Made by a program: the position numbers and the translations under genes. Below, piece after piece: positions 54,678 to 64,000 of a stretch of 64,000 nucleotides of DNA (positions are counted from its first letter, which is position 1; each line of letters opens with the position of its first letter). Origin of the DNA: Rhodosorus marinus CCMP1338 (lineage: Eukaryota > Plantae > Rhodophyta); NCBI GenBank assembly GCA_029953675.1, contig JAMWBK010000008.1:744001-808000 (forward strand), given 5' to 3'. The notes under the pieces are model-generated. The model worked only from the letters and a program-made list of their open reading frames with translations, did not search any database and had not been told where the DNA came from.

Positions 54678-57288
54678 CTGTGCTTAGCCTATGCCTCTCA
54701 AAACTTCAAAACCTCACAGCGCTCCGCTAACCCCTCCCTCTCTCTCCCCTAGATCAGCTTTTTTCTCGAGGAGTGGTTCGTCTCAAAATATAACCCACCC
54801 GCTCATGAAGTGCGAACCTACACATGTCAATCAGCCTTGCCCTTGAGAATCAGCGCATCACTCCTACGACAATCGCCCAGTTCCCAAAGCAAAAGGGAAA
54901 GTCGAAACCCTCATCCGTAACCGACACAAACCCCTTAAAAGTTTCCGTCTACCTCCTCTTTCCATACCCAGACGATATATACCCACCCCTTTCAGATAAG
55001 CTAAATTCTAATGATATGAATTATTAAACTTTACTGAGGCCTTGCCAGGTTATACCTCAAAGGCCAACGTTGTTCACTAGAGATTTTACCCTGTAGGCTA
55101 TCAAAATCCGATCACCAGGGAATCTGGTCGAAGATTGGTGTATTACAATGATAGCGTTCGGATTGGCTACAATGGTATCGTGGAAAGTTTTGTATTTTGG
55201 TAATAATTAAATTATTTTTGAGGTTTGATCTTGATTTATTGGATGAGATCTTCAGATGGGTGTAAGGGAGACTTGATGTTGACTTGCTCGTTGGACGAGG
55301 CCTGGGCAAGCGCAATAAGCACACATTCGTGTATAGGATGTCTCTTGATGAAGGACGGGTTTTGATGACATGGCGGGGTTATACTACGCCAACCGAGTCT
55401 CTGGTGAGGAGTAGGCGGGATGAAGCCTCGTGTTCGTCCTCTGATGTTCCTGGTGTCCGCAGCTAGGGATGGTCATGCCATCCAAAATAGGCCGTTCTGA
55501 GCACAGTGGACTTGGCTGCACTTGGCTTGTTTTGTGATTCTTGTCGGAGGCGCAGATCTGGAGAATTTTGGACTGCTTTGGACAGTAGGATGGCCTGGGA
55601 TGTGCTAGAAATAGTTCTGAAGAATGGGACAGCTCCTCTCAGCAGGACCCTATGATTAGCTAGATCGGGGACCACGGCGCTGAGAAAACAAAACCGCAGC
55701 CTCAAGCGCTGAGGCGGAAGGCTTCGTGGACTATCCTATTCTGAACTCAACTTTTCAGGTACAATCAAACCGATTCTCTACCCTTAGTTCATGGCGTACG
55801 GAAATGGTTCTGACAACAGCAAAAGTCAATATGTTGAGGGACAGGACTTCGCAAACATACGTCCGAGGTCATTCCAGGCTCGGCACCCCTTAGCGTCCTC
55901 ACTCATCGTCGAGCACGAACAAAGAGGCTAATATGGTATTGCGTGGCTCGTCAAAAATGAACAAGGACTTTGCACAATTGGCCATGACGATGACTGCTTC
56001 CACTAGTACCAGAAATTACAATACAATCAAGGGGGCGCATTGTCAAGCCATTCACGGGCCTGGCGAAAACACGACGAAGCCAGGTGCGCTTCCGCGATCC
56101 CTGCCGCGATGCGGATATACAGCCGACGCAGAGGCAGTCGTTGGCCTTGAACCCCCCTCTGACTGCGGTTGGTGCACATCGACCACCGAAGCAAAAAAAT
56201 ACCACATTCCAAAACAGCGATTAAAAGGGAACACATTTGTTTGTCCTATTCCTGGAAGTGCCGCTCGGACATTGAATAGTGATTATTTCTGAAACTAACA
56301 GACTGTCATCTTCAATTTAATGATTTTCTGCCTGCACGATAAATACTAGCAGCCGTTGATTAGCAACAAGCGGACTCGGCATATATATCCGAAGTCCGAG
56401 TAGAGTGTAGCAGGGATGTAGTTGCTCTCTTTCGTAGCAACCCAGGGCATCGTGATAGTCGCTTCACGGAGCTGTCTTTGGCTCTCTGGTTTACTGGAAA
56501 ACTAGCAACCCCGGGTGTGGGTGTCCTACGAAAGGGAAAGCGGGGTCCCACGTGCGGGACAGCTCTCTGGAGTTCAGAAAGGCTGCTTTATTGTTGGACG
56601 CGCGTCATCAGCGTCTTGTTCCTCGCTTCTCAGGGTAGATTGGCTATGAGTAAACTGATGATGAAGGAGGAGAAGAGAAGAGAGGTAGTTTGGATTCGGG
56701 ATGAGGGTCGGATCAAATCGCCTCTATGTCAACGACACGCACTTCATTTTTAAGCTAAACAACATTTCCATTATTGCGGAATCACGTGCTTAATTGCGCC
56801 AACAAGTCCCAAGCACACATCGACCATTTAAGTGCCACTCATATCCTCAATCAAAACAATACGTTTTTCAATATTACCCACATGTTAATCCTTTGTTTTG
56901 ATATATATTGACTAGATTAAGGGATGACTCTTAAAGAATACATTGGCGCAATGTGAAGCCCTCACCCCCCGCTACTAAGCGGCTGAGCCAATGTGGACTG
57001 TAACTGTCATACTTCACACCCTCCCTAGTTGCCCTTAGAAAGATCAAAAATGCCATGATGTCTTGGTGACGATTAAATGGGATTCAATTTTTATTTTATT
57101 TTTCCTTTGAGCGTGTGGATACACGGTCTTGCGGGGATATATCGCGGGAGAACGGAGAGGATAGCTGCAGGTGGGCTTGCTTGATTTTGGTATAAGAAAT
57201 ATGGATTCTTGTTGAGTTTAGACGAAAACGAAAAGCGTTGTTGTCGGCGTAATTGGAAGGATTTGTATCCTGAGGACTCCAACTCGCG

Positions 57289-59764
57289 ATGGCGTTGGCA
57301 GCTGTTGAGTTGCTCGGGGCCGGACTGGCTGCCGTTGGAGCAGGATTGGTGATGAGCGGAGACTTCGTGAGGAATGAGGGTGTGATCTTGGCGCAAAAGG
57401 CTGCTGATGGGATCGTTCAGATAGGGCACAACTTTGTTGAATGGTGGATGGATGACTTGACTCCAATGCAGAGGGGACCGTTCATAATGGCGTTCACGAT
57501 TGTCGTTGTCTTCACGGCGTCTTTTGGCATCCCCATGCTGGTCAAATGGCATATGGGGGGAACTCTTCTCATCGATCGGGTTCCTCCTCCTCCGAAAGGT
57601 ATTTTTGTGGGAGACGTGCCACCTGCCAAGTTCAGGAAACTGGAATGCGTGAATCCCGCCACTGGCGAAATTCTTGGCTACGTTCCGGCAATGACCAAAG
57701 AGGAAGTTGCTAGACGCGTAGCTCGTGCACGGGAGGCCCAGAAAATATGGGTGAAGACCAGTTTCAAGGAGCGAAAGGAAGTTTTAATGCAGATCTCGAG
57801 ATACGTCCTTCAATATCAGGTAAGCAGCGCAAACTCTTTTGAGCAGACACTTACACTTATCCTGGTAGAGACGTTGACAAGAAGGGGTACTGATCTGGAG
57901 AGCATTTGGCGTGATACAAACGAAACGTTGTTCAGGATGAGATCGGAAGGATCTGTGCGGAAGACACTGGAAAATCGGAACTCGACGCGAAGTTCGGGGA
58001 GATTGGGAACACACTTGAAAAACTCCGATGGACCATGACCGAAGGGGAGAAGGTCCTACAGCCTGAGATCCGATCTTCTTCCCCCATAATGTTCTACCGA
58101 CGTGGAGAAGTTCAGTACCATCCGTTGGGAGTCCTTGGCGCAATCCAGCCATGGAACTATCCATTCCACAACTTCATGAATACTGTCATTTCGGGTATTT
58201 TCGCTGGTAGCGCGGTCGTGGTCAAGGCCTCAGAGCATTCGGGATGGTCAAGCATGTACTTTTGCCATATCATTCAAGAAATTTTACGACAATGCGGTCA
58301 TCCAATGGAACTCGTGGAAGTAAGTTACGCGGGCAAAGGATATGGAACCGGGCACTCAAGCTCACGGATCAATTCATCTCTCTGTGAAGTTGCAGCTTCA
58401 CCAGTAGAAGTCCGCAGTAAACTCAAGAGACTTCTCTAATATTTTCCTGTTTTTCCTCTATGTGCTAGGTCATTACCGGAGACGACGAAGCTGGCGAGGG
58501 CCTAGTGGAATCCAAGATTGACAAACTCTTCTTCACTGGTTCCACAAAGATAGGGAGAAAAGTTGCGGAGAAGGCAGCAAAGTACCTGCTTCCAGTAGAA
58601 CTTGAACTGGGGGGAAAAGATCCACTGGTTATTTGCGACGAATGCGATATTTCCACTGCCATGCACATGGTCATGAGAGGCGTTTTCCAGAATTCTGGCC
58701 AGAATTGCTTGGGAATCGAGAGGATATTTGTTCAAGAGGAAAACTACGACTACGTCGTGTCGGAACTCAAAGAACAAATAAGCCAACTCCGTGTAGGAGA
58801 TTACAGAGTAAGTTCACAGGATCACTTTCGTGCGCTTGAACGCAAAACTGAGACCGAGCAGTACTTCAGACGCTTGCCGCATGACCATCCGCTGTATAGC
58901 CCGCTAGTTTCGGAGAGGGTGAACTTGTCTATGTTTCTAAGCAAAAATTAGCACATCCTTGACGTTTGTTGACAAACTCGATTTTGTCCTACTCAGAATC
59001 TCGTGGGCGTTGTGGACATGGGAGGGGTGACGATGGGACAGTCGGCGCTTTTCAAAATCCAAGAGCTGGTCAACGATGCTGTTCAAAATGGGGCTGATCT
59101 TGTAGTTGGTGGATCACAGTTGAAATTCACTCCGAACGGCTTTTTCTACAAGCCAACGCTCCTCACCAAGATAAAACCAGACATGCGGATTGCGCAGGAG
59201 GAAGTTTTTGGACCTATTGCATGCGTGTACAAGTTTTCCAACGATGACGAGTGTCTGAGCATGATTAACAATTGCAAGATGGGCTTGGGTGCCACTGTGT
59301 TCGTGAACGACCACAGGAGAGCAAAAAAATACATTGACGGGATTGAGGCTGGTATTATCAGTATCAACGAGTTCGGGACCCACTACATGAACCAGGCGCT
59401 TCCATTCGGCGGCACAAAGGACTCAGGCTATGGCCGGTTTGGTGGCGTTGAGGGCTTGCGTTCATGCTGCTTGATGAAGACGGTGACAATGGACAAGAAC
59501 AGGTTCCTTAAGCCTTCGCTTCCTCGACATGTCGTCTATCCGATCTTGGAAAATTCGAAGTCGTATGTGAAGGAGCTGTTGTACTTGATGTATGCGAGGA
59601 CTTTCTTCTTAAAGTGGGAGGCGCTTCGGAACATTATGATTATGCACGTGTACCAAGCTTTCGAGCCTACTCCTCGTGCGATTGACAAGTATCTTGTTGA
59701 GTGTCTGGACCAAGAAGCTGTCCTGGCGGATGCCGAACATGATGATTCCGTGAGTCAGACCTGA
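57289..59764 (+). CDS. ALDH22: Aldehyde dehydrogenase, ALDH22A1/MSC7-like, with N-terminal hydrophobic anchor (exons 57289-57819, 57936-58319, 58469-58807, 58997-59764)
   Basis: PLGVLGAIQPWNYPFHN, VVVKASEH, FFTGSTKIG, ELELGGKD, GVFQNSGQNCLGIER, QEEVFGP and LPFGGTKDSGYGRFGGVEGLR. Confidence 0.9.
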
Positions 59765-61885
59765 GTAGTTCCAGGACCTTTTGTCGCGTATGGTGCACAG
59801 CTGTGGAGCCACCAAGAAAAACATGTCGGAAAAAATGAAGCAAGTTGTACAGGAAGAAGCCACTGACTTTTCATACAAGGTTGTTAATTAGGGACGAACA
59901 GAGCAAGAAGAAGAATTAGAATACGGCATAACAATGGCATTTAGCAACGAACTAAAAGAATCCGTTACAAGTTCATTGATAAAATTGGTTGACTCTTGAC
60001 ATACAAAACCGACATTTGGGCGGCAAGGAACACTTTCAAAGCGCTTCAAGGCTTTCCATGTTGGGACTGAACTTCTAGCAATGGCCGTCAACGAGGAGTG
60101 GTGTAGTGTACGACGAGCTCACTTACGAAGAACGCCCACGAGCGACTGATGAATGTATTGGCGCCTAGGAAAAATGGCTGTGTCTCAGCTCTCGTCAAAA
60201 TGCTGTTTGTTTTCCATGCGCAGCCCTAGTTCTCGGTTACTCTAGTACCAGTCTTACCATGCTGCCCCAGCTTTTTATTGCTATCAGATCAGGGCCTTGC
60301 CCTTTGATATCCACAAATTCCCATGTGAAATCGTCTGAACTGCTTTGTGCCTGATAGCTCCGTTTTTCAGTTCCTCCGATGCGCGGAGGAGTCCATGTCA
60401 TGCATTGGAGATGCCGAGGGTGGACAGTTGGCTACTGCTGTTAGTATGAAAATTCACACGACGGGGTCTCTTTTATCCTGGCTTCTCTGTATGTTGGGAA
60501 TATTCTTGCTGCAGAGTTCATGACCTATTCTAAGCGGTTCCTTCAAGAAAAAAAAGCGAATTTGACGAGCTTGAGTAGACCCTGGCAGTTTGCTGTCTCT
60601 CCTTTCGCGCAGTGGTCGCTTGCTGCTCCCCTGCGAAAGAAACTTGCAGTGTACAGATTTCACACTCTACCCCTCAGGGTAGGACTGATCAGAAGCTGAT
60701 CACGGAAACATCTCACACCACAAAATGGTAATCGGTTCATCGATGGATCATGGCTAGAGAACCGATTTCTTCCTTGGCAGCCCGTTGCTGAATCGATATT
60801 CAAAACAAAATTTCAATATCCATGCAATTTTACAAAAAACATTCCCGTTCAGCCAATGGAGTTGTGCAGCGTGTCGACAAAAATCTCAACTTCCGTTTAC
60901 CGTATAAACATTACATTCTATTTGTCGAATAGGGGCTTTTGCCTGTCTCAGGAACTTTTTGGGACGCTTTGCATCGGGTCAGTGGTCACCCCGCTGGAAA
61001 TCTTGAAATTAAGTTTAAAACCCGACCTTTTCCAAACTACGAGGTACATCAACAATGATTGGATATATATTTACATATTTCGGAAGATATTCGAGCAACG
61101 AGCTCCGCCGTGATTTTCAATTTCCGTAGTTTCCAAGAGGGAAATGGAAAATGAACGTTTAAAGGGGGGGGGGGCCAAACGATGATGGGGCTCCGGCCGT
61201 AAAACTGAGTTCTATGACAAAATAAGGAAGGGGGGTGTTGAATATCTGTTTAAAGGGGAAAATATGTGAAATCTACTTCAACAATTGCAAACAGTTCCCA
61301 GGACGAGTATGAACTTTCTAACCCGTCTTCTAGTCCTAAGAAAGCTATCCACCCGTTCAACGCACAAAATTTCTTCTTTTGCAGGAAGTTCAATTTAGCA
61401 AAAAACCTCAACCCTAAGCAAAATCTTCAATCAAGAAAATCCTTCACAACAAGATAACGGGGGTACACCCATGAAATCCTTGTTTTTAGTCTAAAAAAAC
61501 TTTTTGCACGTGAACACATGAAGTTGAATCATAGGGGTAAGAACATAAACTTTCCGATTTTACCAGGAAACATCATAAGGGGGAGGGGTGGGGTGGAGTA
61601 GGACTAGCCTGTCTAATGGCAATTATTCAATTGCGTGAGATTACGCATATACCTTGACCATTTTTGATAGTTTATTCCCCCCCACTCCCCCATACCGCCT
61701 CGAACTCAACATTCTGCTCCATGAAGAGACAAATCCAGAGTTTTATTAATAATTTAAGAATCTCCGCATGACCGCCAAGCCCATAGGAAACCGTGATTGT
61801 GTTTTTTTGTTCTTTTATTTGGGTTTAGGAATTTTTCCAACCCGCCGCAGGGGGTTGGGAAAATTCCTAATCCTCAAAAGGGAGA

Positions 61886-61914
61886 GGGGGGGAGGGGTGG
61901 GGGGGTTACGGGGG
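61886..61914 (+). promoter_or_regulatory. Canonical G-quadruplex-forming motif upstream of rps1
   Basis: G7-A-G4-T-G7-TTAC-G5. Function is not shown. Confidence 0.45.
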
Positions 61915-62060
61915 TTACGACATTATGAGGTGTTAGGGTGTTTGCGTGGGGAGGGAGGGTTTCTGGGATAGAGTGTGGTTGGTGGGTTTTGTTTGGGTAA
62001 GGAGTGAGGGTTTGTCGGGTTTGAGTAGATTTGGTGAGGTTTGGGTTTTCGTTTTGTTTC

Positions 62061-62080
62061 TGTGTGTGTGTGTGTGTGTG
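62061..62080 (+). repeat. (TG)10 microsatellite upstream of rps1
   Basis: Read directly from the sequence. Confidence 0.95.
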
Positions 62081-62135
62081 GAATTTTTGTTTTGTCGCTA
62101 CGTGTTTGCCAGGTTTTGTGAGGATTTGAGAAAGG

Positions 62136-63477
62136 ATGGAGGGGGTTGGGTTTGTGTCGGGATCTGGCGCTTTGGGGGTGGTGAGAAACGCTGGTGTGAG
62201 GAAGTGCCAGGTTCCGACGATGGTCGCGACGAAGGCCACCGGGAAGCAGTCCAAGTTTGAGGCAATGAGAAAGAAGTATGGCGTGGCTGCGAAGGATCTT
62301 GAGGAAGTTGGGTTTTCGTAAGTCTTATTCGCCGTGGAATTACGAGCGGAATTGGCTCCAGGAGGGCACTTGGAAAAACTTCTTCATTTGTTTTTCAGAG
62401 GCCCTACCTAGTAGAGTAGCACAACTCGAGAAGTAGCTGACTCTGAAACTGTTGCTTGTTTGCGTTTCTCAGGTACGACGAATTCGACGCGGCTGTGGCA
62501 GACTACGAATACAACCTGACTATGGGGGAGACAGTGGTCGGAAAGATTTTTGAGTGCACTGCTCGCGGGGCGTTGGTTGACATTGGCGCCAAGGCCGCAG
62601 GATGGCTCCCGGCTGATGAGTTCGCAACAGCCCCTGTAGAAATTCCGTCTGAGTATTTCGCTCCGGAAACCGCAATCGAGCTAATTATTGCTTCGCGGGA
62701 GGATAGTAATGGACAGCTGACTTTGTCGCTCCGCCGACTGGAGTTCCAGAGGTGCTGGGATCGTGTTATTCAGCTCCAGTCCGAGGACGTGCCAGTATTC
62801 TGTGAAGTGATCTCCATAAACCGAGGAGGAGTTCTCGTCAAGATTCAGGGACTCCGGGGCTTCATTCCCCAGTCTCACGCCGGTGATCTGAACATGGAGA
62901 ATGCTGAGGTTGGGAGGCAGGTACGTTGCTGAGTGTTTCGCAATTTATGGACGGGACAGACCCTTTTGCCATCATGTTTCTCACCAGTGTATCTTCCATT
63001 GTGCAGATTTCGGTCAAGTTCCTTGAAGTCGACCCTGCGAAGAACCGACTAGTCCTGTCGAAGAAGCTTGCCTCAGCTTCGAGGAAGATGAACAATTTCG
63101 CTCCTGGACAGGTCGTCGAGGGTGTTGTGAGCGGCGTCAAGCCTTACGGACTTTTCGTCGATGTTGACGGAGTTTCCGGGTTGTTGCATATCTCACAGAT
63201 TAGTCACAGCCATATCCCGGACGTTAGCGCGTTGGTTGGTGTTGGACAACCGATTAAGTGCATGGTTTTAAATCAAGACAAGAACAAGGGTAGGATGTCG
63301 TTGTCCACGAAGGTGCTCGAGAATGAGCCTGGAGACATGGTGAAGGACGCTGAGAAGGTGTTTGCGGGAGCCGAAGAGGTGGCACAACGGTACAGGGAGA
63401 AATTGGAGGCAGAGAAGAAGGCATCGGCTGAGGTTGCGGAGGAAATTGTTTCCGCGCTCGACTTTGCCCGTGTCTAA
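62136..63477 (+). CDS. rps1: Nucleus-encoded plastid 30S ribosomal protein S1 (exons 62136-62317, 62473-62920, 63007-63477)
   Basis: MEGVGFVSG presequence followed by three S1 domains (GALVDIGAKAAG, NRGGVLVKIQGLRGFIPQSH, VKPYGLFVDVDGVSGLLHISQISH), cyanobacterial type. Confidence 0.93.
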
Positions 63478-64000
63478 TTTGTAGATCTGCATTTATGTTT
63501 CACGCTAGTTAGGAACACGTTCTATGTGGATGGTTCTGAGATAAATCCTTCGTATTAGCCGAAACAACCCCCGCTCAGGCGGATATGATAATGTTTAATT
63601 GGCTTGTAGGGAAAAGAATAAAAACAACTTCTTTGAATCTGGCTGGTGAGGCTCCTCCGCCACTTTGTTAGGCCCGTCATGAACCCGAACAAACAATTCT
63701 TCTCTCTTTGTTTATCTCCGAAAAGTAGACACGCTGTGTCGCATTGGGGACTGAGACTGTGTTAAATCGATAGAGGTGCAGGGTCGGATTTTTAGAGCAT
63801 CCCAATTTTGCTTTGTTCACCGAGGAGGCCTGACATCCCGGACTCAGGGAGTCTGGGATGTTAGGGACTAAGATAGCTGGTGTAAAAAAAACAAACAGGC
63901 TCAAGCGCTATCCGCACCTAGGACGCTGGACTATTTATTCTCCTGCTTACGCTCCAGTTTACAGAGCTCTGCACGGGCTCTCCAAGCGAAATATGCGGTT

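Noticed and set aside
1-64000. rRNA, tRNA, CRISPR arrays, intact transposase/RT/integrase, PPR editing (DYW) domains
   Set aside because: No diagnostic motifs or regularly spaced repeats were seen.

Overview
Eukaryotic nuclear DNA, roughly balanced GC, with short GT-AG introns. It is most likely a red alga: plastid-targeting presequences carry the rhodophyte-type N-terminal F[VA] motif with no signal peptide, and there is a nuclear plastid rps1. The species cannot be determined from sequence alone. About 20 genes are supported: DDX42 (5'-truncated), a P/U-type cyclin, a MAPEG protein, two tandem EDR2-C/DUF1336 genes, RPL34, a CAX exchanger, an ALDH22-like dehydrogenase, plastid RPS1, and 11 single-exon P-class PPR genes. 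The PPR genes make up 11 of the 13 genes between 1.6 and 46.5 kb. Most carry plastid-like presequences; two look mitochondrial. The main hidden signal is that many 'empty' intergenic spacers translate into broken Ser/Thr protein-kinase-like fragments, often with subdomains in the correct order. This suggests a dispersed set of decayed kinase genes between the PPR genes, but it is by-eye motif matching and needs an HMM test with controls. Also seen: an inverted partial duplication of one relic, a 42-nt near-perfect palindrome, an unusually long RPL34 intron with candidate C/D boxes, and strong G+T sense-strand skew around gene starts. No rRNA, tRNA, CRISPR array or recognisable intact transposon was found.
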